In this document: in pieces, positions 39,326-53,989 of the stretch
Layout: the number at the start of each line of letters is the position of its first letter
Numbering within the stretch: the stretch's first letter is position 1
NCBI RefSeq assembly: GCF_006345805.1
Contig: NW_021834301.1
Span: 1-57,990 of the forward strand
Direction of reading: 5' to 3'
Origin: Octopus sinensis
Lineage: Eukaryota
Length of the DNA: 57,990 nucleotides
Made by a program: the position numbers and the translations under genes
The notes under the pieces: model-generated
Database searches by the model: none
The model's input: the letters and a program-made list of their open reading frames with translations, nothing else
What the model was told of the DNA's origin: nothing

Positions 39326-40683
39326 TTGAAATGCTTATCCAAACATGGTGGACCTATGAGCGTGTTTGCCACAGCCTGCATAAGAAAATATATTTAACAA
39401 AAAAAACAGTAAATAAACAAAAGAGGAAAAATTACACAAAAAAGCAACAATGACAATGGTAAGGACGACAATAGCAAATACAAGACGAATAAAGGATCGT
39501 CAAAGCACAAACATACTGGACGGGTAACTGCTTAAACTATTTCTTCAAACAAAACTGAAAGGTTTCATAGAAAAAGCTAAAGAGCATGTTTATAGAAACA
39601 TTGTAGAAATGTCCGGTTTGAACCGGTTTGCACTAGATTACACTTGCCAGGCAACAATCACGGGGGAGGGTTATTTGGGGGTTAAGGGTTAGTGCAGGAA
39701 GGGCTGAGTGGAAGTGTTCTGTATAGTTTTGCGATAATGTGTGTGTCCGTGTGTCCGTGTCCAGCTGTCTTTTTTCTCCTTTCGTCTTCTCCATCTTCCT
39801 CCTCCTTCTTCCACTTCCTCATTTTCCTCCGCCTGCAACTCCAACTACTATTCCGCCTCCTTTTTCATCTTCTTTTCTTTCTTTTCTTTCTTTTTTCTTT
39901 ATCTTCTTTTTCTTCTTCATCATCATCACCACCTGCATCACGAACACCACCACCACCACCACCACAATCATCAACATCTTCTTTCGTCCACCCTCCTTTT
40001 CTTCTCCGCCCTCCTCTCCTTTCTGTCCTCCTCCTCCCCCTACTCCTCTTGTCCCACCTTCACCTTTAATAAAACTGATTATGAAAAGTTCAACAATGTG
40101 GCTGACGAGGGTTGCGGCGTAGGGTGGTGGCAAAAATTCGCTATCATCCCCCACCCAGGAATATACTCTGCATACAAAATATACGCGATATATTGAGTGA
40201 CATTAACTTCCCCACCACGACCAACACTACAAAAAACACAAAAAAAATCTCTTGCAGAAGCTCTACGCTTATCTTTGCAACAAATGTGAACGTTCGGATG
40301 AGGGGGAGGGACTGATATTTTGCTCACTGTGAGATGTTTCGTCGAGAAATTTTTCCTAATCTGCTGCCCTTCAGGTTGAAGGGTGAGGCTGGGACCATTT
40401 CTCCCACATTTACTTCTCTTTCGTCCTGTAACATCTTTTTTGAGGTGGGTCGGGGTCATATTAGCATATTTTTAGTTCAGGTGTGCCGCCGAAATTTGAA
40501 AATAACATGTGAAAAAAGGGATGCGGAGCACTGACCTATAGCAGAAAGGATTGTTAGTTACCGTTGGAGTTGTTATTGTTGTAACTGTCTCTTATTGTTG
40601 TTTTTTTTTTTTTTGTTATTATTGTAGTTGTTTTTGTTGCTTGTTTTCTAGTAAACCCCTCGAGATATTATCGTGTTTATAAA

Positions 40684-41065
40684 GGCCGCGAGTTGGCAGA
40701 AACGTTAGCACGCCGGGCGAAATACTTAGCGGTATTTCGTCTGCCGTTACGTTCTGAGTTCAAATTCTGTCGAGGTCGACTTTGCCTTTCATCCTTTCGG
40801 TATCGATTAAATAAGTACCAGTTACGCACTTGGGTCGATATAATCCGTTTGTCTCCCCTTGTTTGTTCCCTCTGTGTGTAGCCCCTTGTGGGGCAGTAAA
40901 GAAATAGGTATTACGTTCTGAGTTCAAATTCCGCCGAGGTCGATTTTGCCTTTCATTCTTTCAGAGTCGATAAATTAAGTACCAGTTACGCAATGGGGTC
41001 GATGTAATCGACTGGCCCTCCTCTCTAAAAAAATTCGGGCTTTGTGCCTAGAGTAGAAAAGATAA
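40684..41065 (+). mobile_element. SINE family B composite (tail 1 + tail 2)
   Basis: Head tggcagaaacgttagc, B box gagttcaaattc, gcctttcatcctttcgg..gat..aagtaccag; junction aaagaaata|ggtatt at 40906. Confidence 0.9.
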
Positions 41066-41209
41066 TCGTACTTATTGTTATTGTTGTTGTCGTTGCTGTC
41101 ATGAAGGTTGCGATAGCAGTTCTTTCCTAACCTTTATGCCCTACGAAAAGTGTCACCTCCCACAGAAAGTCACAGGTACAACCTCCGCGGCACCCTCTCC
41201 CACTTCACC

Positions 41210-41244
<35 letters not shown>

Positions 41245-41707
41245 CTCACCACCATCGCCTTCGTCACATTCACCAACACCACTGCAACTACTGATGCGCA
41301 TTACCGCTCCTCACCCACAAAACAGCGACCCACCGCCACCACCACCATCACCGCCACAGTCACAAACACCAGACAAGCAACTATCACCGCCATCGCCATC
41401 AGAACCACAACAACACGCCCATCGCCTTCATATTCCTGACACCACCACCACCACAACACCCACCGCCAACAACGCCACCACCAACGGTGCCACCTACAAT
41501 CAAGCAGTCACAATAGCAGACATACATAATCAGCAGAAATTGCGAGGATGATCCGGTTCTTGACTGGAGATTGGAGGCTTCGAATCACCCGTCCGTTTTT
41601 TGTGTCGTCTCTTTGAATGTTTTGCGTTCTTGTCCCATTTTGTGTTTCTATAGATATTTTTTATACATATGTGTGTGTGTGTATATGTATATGTGTGTGT
41701 TATTATA

Positions 41708-41742
<35 letters not shown>

Positions 41743-41747
41743 TATGT

Positions 41748-41779
<32 letters not shown>

Positions 41780-41807
41780 ATACACACATATATATATATG
41801 CATATAT

Positions 41808-42245
41808 GCTCTTTTACTCTTTTACTTGTTTCAGTCATTTCACTGCGGCCATGCTGGAGCACCGCCTTTAGTCGAGCAAATCGACCCAGGACTTATTCTT
41901 TGTAAGCCTGGTACTTATTCTATCGGTCTCTCTGACGAATCGCTAAGTTACGGGGACGCAAACACACCAGCATCGGATGTCAAGCGATGTTGGGGGGGAC
42001 AAACACAGACGCACAAAACATATATATATACACACACACACACACATACACACACACACACATATATATATATATACTTATATACGACCGGCTTCTTTCA
42101 GTTTCCGTCTACCAAATCCACTCACAAGTCTTTGGTCGGCCCGAAGCTATAGTAGAAGACACTTGCCCAAGGTGCCACGCAGTGGGACTGAACCTGGAAC
42201 CATATGTTGGTAAGCAAGGTACTTACCACACACAGCCACTCCTGT
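41808..42245 (-). mobile_element. SINE family A, full length
   Basis: Reverse complement of the family A sequence. Confidence 0.9.
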
Positions 42246-42285
42246 GACCTATATATATAATATAATATTATATAATAAATATATA

Positions 42286-42318
<33 letters not shown>

Positions 42319-42321
42319 ATA

Positions 42322-42365
<44 letters not shown>

Positions 42366-42486
42366 GTAGTAGTAACAGGAAAGAGAATTTCGATTATCCC
42401 CACGTGGTAGTATGCGTATTTACCTTTTTTAATTTCTTATATGTATATATATATATACATGTGTGTGTGTGTGTGTGTGTGTGTGA

Positions 42487-42695
42487 GGCGGCGAACTGGC
42501 AGAAACGTTAGCCCGCCGGGCTAATTGCTTATTTCGTCTGTCTTTATGTTCTGAGTTCAAATTCCGCCGAGGTCGACATTGCCTTTCATCCTTTCGCAGT
42601 CAATAAATTAAGTACCAGCTGCGTACTGCAGTCGATTTAATCGACTGGCCCCACTCCCGCACACTTTCGGGTCTTGTACCTAGAGTAAAAAAAGA
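42487..42695 (+). mobile_element. SINE family B monomer (tail 2)
   Basis: ggcggcgaactggcagaaacgttagc...cgggtcttgtacctagagtaaa. Confidence 0.85.
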
Positions 42696-43044
42696 GGGAA
42701 CGTGAAACTCAGAACAACAGTTTTTGTGATATTTCTGCTACTTTTCAATAAAGCGTATTACTCTACCTTTGGTATTCGAGTACTATTTTTTCCACCTTGC
42801 TTCGCATTTATGTGCTTACTCCGGTATATATGAGTGTATGTATTTAAGATACGTAAATATATATATACATACCTATACAAACACGCACATAAATGTGGAT
42901 ATGTGTCTGTAGGCATGAGTGTGCGTGTGCGCTTGAGTTCTTGCCATGTACAATCCATATATCCACATGTATAAAAGTAAATATACAGATACACATCCAC
43001 CACACAACACACATACACCACACAATACACACACACACACACAC

Positions 43045-44475
43045 ATGAAACTAGAATGTTTCATGTCTGTTGTGGTGCAAGCCATATGCCAGAAATATGT
43101 CCCGGAGCACAAGGCCAAAACAAATAGGAACAAGATTCCAAGAGACAGGAAGATCCTCATGAGACGACGGACGAAGGTTGCAAATCGACTCAACCAACAT
43201 CCCAAAAGTAGCGAAAAGTCCCGCCTAAAAACAACACTGATGGAGATCGAAAAAAGGCTGCAACAATCCTATGTGAAGGAGAAAGCAGACAAAGAAGCCT
43301 GGGTTATAAAAAAACATTAAGTCAAACCCAAACGCCTTCTTTCATTATGCGAAAGAAACAGCCTCAGTACACTGCAAGATAGGACCTCTCCTCTAAAAGG
43401 ATGGCTCCCTCACAGACAGTCCAACTAAGATCAGTGAGATGCTGAATGACCAGTTCAAAAGTGTCTTTACCACCCCGTTGGAAACACAGACAAGTGAACG
43501 AACCAGTGGACTTCTTTGCCGCCTCACCTATAACCAGCGAGGCAGTTACAATGGAATACATTGACGTTAGCGAAGAAGATATACCTCTAGCCATAGATGA
43601 AGTGGACACAAACTCAACTGCTGGTCCTGATGGTTTCCCAGCAATCCTCCTCAAACGTGTAAGCATGCCCTGGCAAAATCCTCCAGATTCTCTCCAGAGC
43701 TTTCTCTTACAATGGCAAACTGCCAAGCAAGCTGAAGCAGGGATAATATGCCCAACACATAAAGGGGGAAGTAGAGGCAGATGCCAAAAACTACTTAGCC
43801 TATCTCTCTGACTTCACACATCAGCAAAGTCATGGAAAGGATAGTCAGAAAGAAACTAATCGCATTCCTTGAGGAAAATAACTTGCTGAGTAATACCCAG
43901 CATGGTTTTCAACCAGGTAGGAGATGCCTGACCCAGCACTTACAGCATTATGACTGGGTGTTGAGGCAGTTACTCAACAAATCAAATGGGGACGTAATAT
44001 ACCTTGATTTTGCAAAAGCTTTTGACAAGGTGGATCATGGTATGATATGCCATAAACTGCATAGCTGGAAAACTTGGAGAGTGGTTACATGACTTTCTGA
44101 AAGATAGGAGTCAGGCAGTAGTGGCTAATGAAGCCACCTCTATGAACACACAAATAGTGAGCGGTGTTCAACAGGGCACTGTCTTAGGACCACTGCTTTT
44201 TATAGCGGCCCTCTCAGATATGCCTTCAAATGCCCGGATATCCACCCTTGCAAGCTATGCAGATGATACGAAAGTCTCGCAGAAAATACAGAACCCCAGC
44301 GATGTTGCACACCTGCAGCAGGAGTTGAACTCAATCTACAGAGGGGTGAGGATAATAATATGCAGTTTAATGCTGAAAAATTCCAAGCCCTGCACTAGCA
44401 GCATCCAAAACTGAATATGAAACTTACAGGGTACTCTGGCCCACAGGGAATTTCAATCCCAGAGCCTAAGTCAGT
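43045..44475 (+). pseudogene. Second CR1/Jockey-group LINE ORF2 fragment, diverged relative of 3562-5153
   Basis: AGPDGFPAILLK, QHGFQPGR, YLDFAKAFDKVDH, QGTVLGPLLF, YADD; multiple frameshifts. Confidence 0.93.
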
Positions 44476-46048
44476 ATTTATTCGCTTTTGCCGAACCTAA
44501 ATCTAAACAAACTAATACCGGCGATGAAGATAAACACAAATACATGCTCACATACTAGCGCGCTCACACACACTCACACACACACACGGGCCATTTTCGT
44601 CTACCAAATTCAATAACAAGGCATTGGTAGAACCGGAGCTATAGTAGAAGTCATTTGCCCGAGTGCTGCGAAGTGGAACTGAACCCGAAAACACGTGATT
44701 GCAGGTCCAGCTTATTAACCATACACCCATGCCGACGCCTATCAAGAATTTCCCGAATAAAAACTTATATATTATGTTTGCAGCTCTAATATTTGAATTT
44801 GCGGGTTTCATCTGGGCACTTCAGTTTCCACCCTTTATAAGAACTGATATTATTTCCATCTTTGCTTTACGTTCGAACAAACCGGTTTCTACACTTTAAA
44901 TTTTTTTTTCGAATTATCTTAGAAATAGAAGTATGTTAAGATTAAAAAGTATGCTGCTCCAATATCTAGATGTGCAAGGTTTCGTCTGGGTACTCCGGTT
45001 TCCATACTATATAAGTATGATTATATTTCCATTTGTACTTCATCATCCAACAAACAAACCGGTTTCTACGTGATATAATTTTTCATATTATTTTCAGAAT
45101 TAAAGAATTTCAACAATTAAAAATAATATATTCTGCTCAGCGATATTTCAAGTAAAATAAACTACTTTCTAATTACTTTCCAAATTCACTTAAATCCTAC
45201 ATTCTTATATAATATACTTAATTTAGATATAGCTTTACTATCGTCATTAGGAGCCTCTTAGGCGAAAGGTGTATCAGACATGGGAAAGCTAAGGACCACA
45301 TTTGATGGCATGAAAGCTACACAAGCATGAGATGCACACCAATTTCGGCAGCGGATAGTCAAGAAATCTAAAACGTTTTGGGTGGATTAAACCATGCAAA
45401 ATTTGAAGCGACTTCGCGTATATGACTAGGGGCAGCGATAGATACTTTTAAAAACATTTTTGAAGGTGGGGAAAATGTGTATTTTCTCTACTGCCAAATA
45501 TAGTTTGTATTTTTTATATCTGATATGAAAGATAACATTTCAAATGGACTCCCCCCACCCCCAATGTTGCTTTATCGAATATATTTTCATCAAGAACAAT
45601 GCCGGCATTATTTTACTTCTCAACCTGGATAATGCTATTGTGTGTGTGTGTGTGTGTGTGTGCGTGTTTGTGCATTTATATATTTGTGTATGAATATATG
45701 TATATGTAGGTATGTATATGTGTGTATGTGTGTGTATGTTATATATATTTTTATATTTATGTATAAATGTAAATATATGTGTACGTATGTGCGTATGCGT
45801 GTGTGCTTGTGTGTGTGTGTGTGTGTTTGTGTGTATGTGTGTGTGTGTGTGTTTCTGTGTTTGCAACAATCACGTCTACTGGTATGTAGACAGAACATGC
45901 AATTTTAAATGTCAACGCTACCAACCGAGTTAAGGCACCGATAACATGCGTCTGCCCACTTTTTGCTCGATGTCTCACATAAAAATGTAAGATTTATCAT
46001 GAAACATGTGTTATTTACAGTCACACAAACACACACACATCCAATTAT

Positions 46049-46081
<33 letters not shown>

Positions 46082-46117
46082 TCTTGAATAATATATATAT
46101 GTATGTATCTATATATA

Positions 46118-46228
<111 letters not shown>

Positions 46229-46418
46229 ATATATATATGTGTGTGTATATATATATATATGTATATATATATATGTGTGTGTATATATATATATGTATAT
46301 ATATATATACCATCTTGAATTAATAACCACAAACCTGGCAATTATGGTTATTCACCTCACACAGAGAAAGCGACTGACACCACACATACAGAACAGACAT
46401 ACGATACATACATACACG

Positions 46419-46456
<38 letters not shown>

Positions 46457-46474
46457 ACACACACACACACACAC

Positions 46475-46702
46475 ACCATGCAAGTGGCTGAGCATTCCAC
46501 AGACACGCTTACACTTAATGTAATTCTCAAAGCGATTCAGCGTGATACAGAATGTGTGAAGGCTTTATCATTGAATTCCAGTGAACTAGAGCAACGATGA
46601 GTAAAGTGTGTTGCTCAAGGACAGATCGTGTCGTTGGGTATCCAACTTACAACCTCACGATCACGAGCCGAATCCTTTACCCATTGAACCACGTGCCTTC
46701 AC
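46475..46702 (-). mobile_element. Old tRNA-derived SINE family D
   Basis: Reverse complement resembles 51453-51700 (gaaggcgcgtgg head, gagcaa..cacttt core); head stub also at 31747. Confidence 0.55.
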
Positions 46703-46749
46703 AAACATTTTTCTCTTTACATCGAGGGAAAGTCCAGTTAGGCTGACTG

Positions 46750-47219
46750 TCCGGGCCCCAGTTGTGAACTCATTTGCATACAGCCAATCAGAGCTCCACT
46801 ATCAAACTAATTTATGAACACATAACAAGTGATGGGCGATAAGGTCACTTGGGTAAGGAATGACCATGCTTTTTTTTCTCTTTTAATAATGCTTCTTGTT
46901 CTTGTTCCTGTTCCAACCATGGCTGCCTCTGCGTAGTTATTTGTGTTGTTGCTTACTTTGTAACGCAGTAAGGGAACAGGGTTGCTGGGCACATCACCCT
47001 CTACCCACATTTTTCCCATCCGTGTCTTTAACAAAATCCGATAATAGGTATCGATGCAAATCTAATTACTTGCCCCCAAAATAACTTGGCGATCGGTCGA
47101 CTTACAGCACCGTTCTTCGCCTTGAGTTTACTTGGTAGAGTGTGTTTGTTAACTTGACAACAAGGTCAAGGTGAGCTCTGATTGACAGTATGCAAATGAG
47201 TTCATTAGTGGGGTCCGGA
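46750..47219. mobile_element. 470-bp element with ~47-bp TIRs containing octamer and CCAAT motifs
   Basis: tccgggccccagttgtgaactcatttgcatacagccaatcagagctc ... gagctctgattgacagtatgcaaatgagttcattagtggggtccgga; solo end at 31840. Confidence 0.75.
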
Positions 47220-47234
47220 ACACTTGTGGAGAAA

Positions 47235-47420
47235 AAATTTCGCTGCCCGGGCCAGTCTGACTGCTTCTCTCCATCCCTCCCTATCTTCCATTAGTGTTTT
47301 CAGGTCTTCAACTTGGCATCCAGCATCTTCTGCAAGCCGTTGTATATATGTATTCCGTGGTCTTCCAGCCGCTGTGGTACCATGATTTGGTGTCCACAGC
47401 AACATACTACTCACGAGTTC
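47235..47420 (-). pseudogene. RTE-clade LINE C-terminal fragment
   Basis: LLWTPNHG..GRPRNTYI..EDL..MEDREGWRE. Confidence 0.8.
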
Positions 47421-47497
47421 TTCTAAAAATTTTGCTATTTTTTTCATTACTTTATTATTCGTTTCTTTAAGTAATGCAAGGAATTTGCGTTCAAAGC

Positions 47498-47893
47498 GGC
47501 GGGTGAACTGGCCGAATCGTTAGCACGCCGGGCGAAATGCTTACCTGTATTTCGTTTGCCGTTACGTTCTGAGTTCAAATTCCGCCGAGGTCGACTTTGC
47601 CTTTCATCCTTTGGGAGGTCGATGAATTAAGTACCAGTTAAGCACTGGGGTCGATGTAATCGACTTAATCCGTTTGTCTGTTCTTGTTTGTCCCCTCTGT
47701 GTTTAGTCCCTTGTGGGTAGTAAAGAAATAGGTATTTCGTCTGTCGCTACGTTGTGAGTTCAAATTCCGCCGAGATCGACTTTGCCTTTCATCCTTTCGG
47801 GGTCGATAAGTTAAGTAGCAGTTGTGTACTGGATACGATCTAATCGACTGACCCCCTGCCCCAAAATTTCGGGCCTTGTGCCTAGAGTAGAAA
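47498..47893 (+). mobile_element. SINE family B composite (tail 1 + tail 2)
   Basis: Junction aaagaaata|ggtatttcg at 47730. Confidence 0.9.
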
Positions 47894-48627
47894 TGCAAAT
47901 ATTATAAAAGTAGTTAAATGCAAAAAGAGCGTCACTTGTGCCGCACCCTGTGTAAATATATTTACATCGCTGGTGGGGAGGGAGGGGGCGGTGCGCGTGT
48001 ATTTGCGTGGTGTGTGCGTGTGCGTGTGTACGAATTCCCGCCAAGACAGCGGCAGAAACGTCAAGAACGGTGACTCGTCAAACAACAACAGCAACAATAA
48101 AATCTACAACTATCTCTTCTCTCTCTCACGCTATCTATTGTCTACTACAACTGCCTGTAACCAGCTACCACCACCACCGCCGCCGCCGCACGCCCCGCCG
48201 CCGCCGCCGCCACCACCACCACCGCCGCCACCACCACCACCACCACCACCACCACCACCACCAGCACTGCCGCCGCCACCACCACTACCATAATTACAAC
48301 CATCGCCTCCGCCGCTGCAAAAACCACCATTATCATCATTATTACCATCATCATCACCATCATCATCACCGTCACCGTCATCCTCAATCATCACCATCGT
48401 CATCATCATCATCGTCGACATAAGCCGTTGAATCGATAAAGACGGCGTCATTGTGAAACAGTCGTACGTGCATCTTACCCGTTCGTTCATGGAGGCTCTG
48501 GTAATTGCGTTGTTAAGCGGGTTGTTAAGAGGATTTCAGCGGGACGTTCTTCGGGGTGGTGACTGCGTCGATATGGGTATTTGGATGCATACATTTTTGA
48601 ACGTATAGAGGGATGGATAGACGGATG

Positions 48628-48730
<103 letters not shown>

Positions 48731-49031
48731 TCATACACCGAGTTCAACATCTCTACAAAACTTACATTAATACGCATTAATGTATGTGTGCACTGTGTGT
48801 GTGTGAGAGAGAGAGAGAGAGACCGAAAGAGAAAGAAAGAGAAAGTGTGTGTGTTTGTGTGGAGATAGACAGAGACAAAGATATATTGGGGTGTATGTAT
48901 GTATAAGAATCTTTCTCTCACTCTTTCTTCTGTTGTCCTGCTTGCTTAGCCAGCGGGGTGGCGTCATTTGAAGCGCATTGTGACCAGCGATGTGTAGCAC
49001 ATCCTGATAGCTTTCACACCCAACTTTCTCA

Positions 49032-49091
<60 letters not shown>

Positions 49092-49102
49092 TATATATAT
49101 AG

Positions 49103-49148
<46 letters not shown>

Positions 49149-49151
<3 letters not shown>

Positions 49152-49420
49152 GCGCAATGGCCCAATGGTTAGGGCAGCGGACTCGCGGTCGTAGGATCGC
49201 GGTTTCGATTCCCAGTCCGGTCGTTGTGTGTGTTTATTGAGCGAAAACACCTAAAGCTCCACGAGGCTCCGGCAGGGAGTGGTGGCGATCCCTGTTGTAC
49301 TCTTTCGTCACAACTTTCTCTCATTCTTTCTTCTGTTGTCCTGCGGGGTGACATCATTTGAAGCGCATTGTGACCAGCGATGTGTAGCAACATCTTATAG
49401 CCTGGTCGGTCATGATATAT
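49149..49420 (+). mobile_element. SINE family C, near full length (tRNA-Arg-like head)
   Basis: gaggcgcaatggcccaatggttagggcagcggactcgcggtc...ggtcggtcatg-(TA)n; partial upstream copy at 48910-49035. Confidence 0.85.
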
Positions 49421-49984
49421 ATGTATATATAAGTGTATGTACGTATGTGTGCGTGTGTGTATATGTAGATAGTTAGAGGGGGAGAGAGACTTAAAGACTT
49501 GTCACATGTCTACACGTTCAGTAGACCGTGAGTGAACCTGCTCTGTGGCGTGTAGGAGGAAATAGATCACAAGTTACTAGAATTATTACTCATTTTAGAC
49601 TGTGGGGACTGGATTAACGATATATGCTGGATTGCCGTCCTTTGCTCAAGAATTAGACGTACTGCTGAGCCGCAGAATCGAAACCATGAATATATATCCT
49701 ATGAATATATATATATATATATTATATAGATATATATATATGATATGATATATACACACACACAACGGATACTTCTGTTTTCCGTCTACCAAATCTGCTG
49801 TTAGACTTTGCTGGGCGCTAGGGGCGATTGTTAAAGATAATGGGACTGAAATTTTCCTCCTCCTCTGTTCTTTTCCTTCTGGATTTTTCTCTAGTATTTT
49901 TCTCCAGTATCCGGAAAAGAGCATATGTCCGAAATGTTATAACAATTACTCTACCTGTTTGATTCTTTGAGAGCCAACCTAAAT

Positions 49985-50445
49985 AATATTATTTTCTACT
50001 CTAGGCACAAGGCCCGAAATTTTAGGGGAGGGGGCCAGTCGATTAGATCGGCTCCAGTACAGAACTGGTACTTAATTTCTCGAGCCCGAAAGGATGAACG
50101 GTAATGTCGACCTCGGCGGAATTTGAACTCAGAACGTAACGGCAGACGAAATACCGCTAAGCATTTCGCCCGGCGTGCTAACGTTTCTGCCAGCTCGCCG
50201 CCTTAACCTAAATAATATTTATTTCTTTATTGCGTACCGAGGGCTAAACATGGAGGGGACAAACAAGAAAAAAGGGATTAAGTCGATCACATCGACCCCA
50301 ATGCGTAACTGGTACTTATTTAATCGACTCCGAGAGGATGAAAAGCGAAGTCGACGTCGGTGGAATTTGAACTCAGAACGTAGCAGTAGACGAAATACTG
50401 CTACGTATTTCTCCCGGCGTGCTAACGATTCTGCCAGATCGCCGC
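49985..50445 (-). mobile_element. Two head-to-tail SINE family B copies (tail 1 copy upstream of tail 2 copy)
   Basis: Reverse-complement heads at ~50445 and ~50203. Confidence 0.85.
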
Positions 50446-50592
50446 CCTATAGCCTAAATAACATTTATTGTGGACGCCCCTTGTACTTTTATTGTTTATT
50501 ACAATACGTGTGTGTATGTTTGTGTGTGTGTGTGTGTGTATGTGTGTGTGTTTGTGTGTGTGTGTCTGTGTGTGTGTGTGTGTGCGTGCGTG

Positions 50593-50664
<72 letters not shown>

Positions 50665-51452
50665 GTGTGCGCGTGTGTGTGTGTGTATCTGTAAATATAA
50701 TATGTGACAATTATTCGGCAGCCATGATAAAACTCCGAATTTCGAATGTCGGGGCGGAAACCCACGCCGGCATTTTTTCAGTTACCGGGCCATCGAAAAA
50801 AATGCTATGAAAATGACCGTCATATAAAGAGAAATTACTGTGTGATTGACCGTTATTAAGACAAAAGAGCTATTCCCTTACTTAGCGGTCATCCTAATAG
50901 TGTGTATGTGTGTATGTGTGTATGTGTATCTGCGCGCGCACGCGAATGTGAATACGCGCCCACATGTGGAGAGGGTGCTAGGTATGCGTATGTAACCTTT
51001 GTTGTCTTGAAGTCTCGTCTATTTTATCGGTTGCCATGTAGAGCAGTGCCTCTCAACCTATTTGACATGGCGTACCGGCAGTTTTTTTTATGAGAGGGCC
51101 AGGGACCGGTAATATTTCTTAGTAATATTAATCTATACCGGAAACAATATACATATATAATGGATATAATAAAAGTTGACAATTTCCTTTTATCTTATAT
51201 TCATTTTGTAAACAAATAATACAATATTATAATGTTTCTTTTCTTTGCTCAGAAATGAGCTGAGAGGAAGCTTACCCCCAAAAGCTCGGAGGTCGGACAA
51301 TGGCGGTTAAAGCCTATATTGTTTTCGTAATATATTACCGCCTAACCGTTGTGCCTTACCCCAGCTCTCAGCTAACCAGATTAGAATGTCCTTCGTTTAT
51401 TTAGGATGGAGCGCATTCCATCGATTAGACATTTCGTCCACAGCCGACCTCC

Positions 51453-51700
51453 GAAGGCGCGTGGCTAAATGATGAGAATAATCGACTCAAGATCGTAAAA
51501 TCGTCCGTTCGATACTTGGCGGCACGATCTGTCATTCAGCAAAGCACTTTATTTCACATTGTTCCAGCTCATTCAGCTAGAAAATTATTAGTACTTGCAT
51601 TTCAAAGGGCAGGCCTTATCGCATCTTCTGTGACGTTGAATTTCCCTGGGAACTACGTTAAGAATACGTATGCCTTTGGAATGCCAACGCCCTCTTCACA
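51453..51700 (+). mobile_element. Old SINE family D
   Basis: gaaggcgcgtggct...gttcgatac...agcaaagcactttatttcac. Confidence 0.55.
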
Positions 51701-52074
51701 GTGGGCTTCGTATGCCGTGGCTGATGATACGCAGTCATGCCGAAACTGCGGCATCTACAACATCGTAGGCGATGTTCAAGAGTGGTCACCTTTTGCCAGG
51801 CACGTATTCCTACAGATCGTCTCTTTGTCAGAGCTGCAATCCTGCGTCAAATGAAGACCATAACTAGGCTCCTGGCATCTACAGTGTTGTCAGGTTCTCA
51901 CACCTCACCACAGGTTCAGAGCAAAGGGTTTAAGAAACTTCCCTGTTAGCATTTTATAAAAGTGCGGAAAAACGACGAAACTTGTATCAACATCAACAAA
52001 AGTATAAGTCAGGCAAGTCAATCCCGCAGAACGCTAACTAAGCTCAAAAACTGCGAGAAACATCCAGACCAGAA

Positions 52075-52488
52075 GGCGGCGAGCTGGCAGATGTGTTAGC
52101 ACGCCGGGTGAAATGTGTAGCTGTATTTCGTCTGCCGTTACGTTCTGAGTTCAAATTCCGCCGAGGTCGACTTTACCTTTCATCCTTTCGGGGTCGATTA
52201 AATAAGTACCAGTTACGCACTGGGGTCGATGTAATCGACTTAATCCGTTTATCTGTACTTGTTTGTCCTCTCTGTGTTTAGCCCGTTGTGGGTAGTAAAG
52301 AAATAGGTATTTCGTCTGCTGTTACGTTCTGAGTTCAAATTCCACCGAGGTCGACTTTGCTTTTCATCCTTTCGGGGTCGATAAATTAAGTACCAGTTGT
52401 GCACTGGGGTCGGTCTAATCGACTTAATCCCTTTGTCTGTCCTTGTTTGTCCCCTCTGTATGTTGCCCCTTGTGGGCAACAAAGAAAT
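52075..52488 (+). mobile_element. SINE family B composite (tail 1 + tail 1)
   Basis: Junction aaagaaata|ggtatttcg at 52305. Confidence 0.9.
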
Positions 52489-53207
52489 CAGAGCCATCCA
52501 GACCGTTCAGAAAAGGAACCATATACCAAATTCCAAAAATACCTCAATTCTGAGAGCGATTTGTTCAACGAAAACCTTTCAACGCGGTGCTCCAGCATGA
52601 CCGCAGTCCAGTCACTGTACCATGTGACAGGAGATGAAACAAGGACATTTGTTTTGCCGTTTCGAGCTATTCAGACGACAGCCTCCTATTATAGACGCCA
52701 TCGTCGGCTCTTTTTGTTTTTTGTTTTATTTTTGGCGGGAGACGAGTGAAGCAGTTTTCGGTTAAAGTAACCGAGTTTTATGATTAATGCAAGTTCGATT
52801 ATGGCGTAGCATCGATTATTGCCTAACTGCCAAATCACGTTGGAGACTGATGAATGAATAAATGAACGAACTGTGGAGTTACATTATTATAACATATAGA
52901 GGAGTTGAATGGTGTAACCAGATGTGTGTGTGTGTGTGTGCTTCGGTATGTATCTTGGAGTAGTAGTAGTAGCAGCAGCAGCAGCAAATTATTCACATAT
53001 AGCATGTATATATGTATGTATATATGCATATATATATATATATATATATGCATGCATATATATATATAAATTTATTTTTCTATATATACATTCTTTTATT
53101 CTTTTACATAATTCAGCCCTAACGCTGTGGCCATCATGGAGCACCGCCATTGTATGTATGTGTATGTATGTATATATGTATATATATATATATATCTATA
53201 GATATAT

Positions 53208-53254
<47 letters not shown>

Positions 53255-53607
53255 CTATATATATGATGAATATACAGATACACACACACACACGCACGTG
53301 TGTGTGTGCGTTGTGAGTATGTCGGTAAACGTGTTTCTATTCCTGCGGTTCTCATTATTAGTAAAACATCGAGTCTAGCTTAATAATTCTCTTTTACCAC
53401 CACCAACAGCTGCAGGCGCCACGGTGTGGATTTTTCGGCTCTCAGATTAGTCACGGATGACAATGGAACAAATTCGCATTAATTACAACCTCTACCAACA
53501 TGACCACCACCGCTAACTCGTTCCACCATCACTCGCTAAGCAGCTGGGGAGCCACTTTGTGTGTGTAAATGTGTGTTGTGTGTGTGTGTGTGTGTAAATG
53601 TGTGTGT

Positions 53608-53657
<50 letters not shown>

Positions 53658-53989
53658 TGTGTGTGTACAACCTGTAACACGCTGTTTTGCCTTTTGTATT
53701 CAATCTGTAAAATTCGTTGCGATTTGTTATGGAAAATTTTGAAAACACTGCACAACAACAAAAAATTGACGTAATCGATGACGAATTTAATATGTCCTAT
53801 ATTTGTGCTAATGGCTATTATGATCAAATTTACAAAACTATTCATGATATAAGCTTGTTTGTAGGTCATTACTTTCTGTTTCTGATCGTCTGTTTTTATG
53901 TGCTTCAAATGACAGCGATGTCGTCTGCCTATGATGGCTGGGCGCTTGTTTTGTTTACATGAAAGTGAATCGTATAAATAATTACCGCG

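Noticed and set aside
49149-49215. tRNA-Arg-like sequence
   Set aside because: Continues into a repeated SINE body and lacks a complete acceptor stem; a SINE head, not a tRNA gene.
53717-53962. 81-aa non-repetitive ORF (also 56544-56819 and 22337-22750)
   Set aside because: No recognisable domain or splice support; length is compatible with chance.
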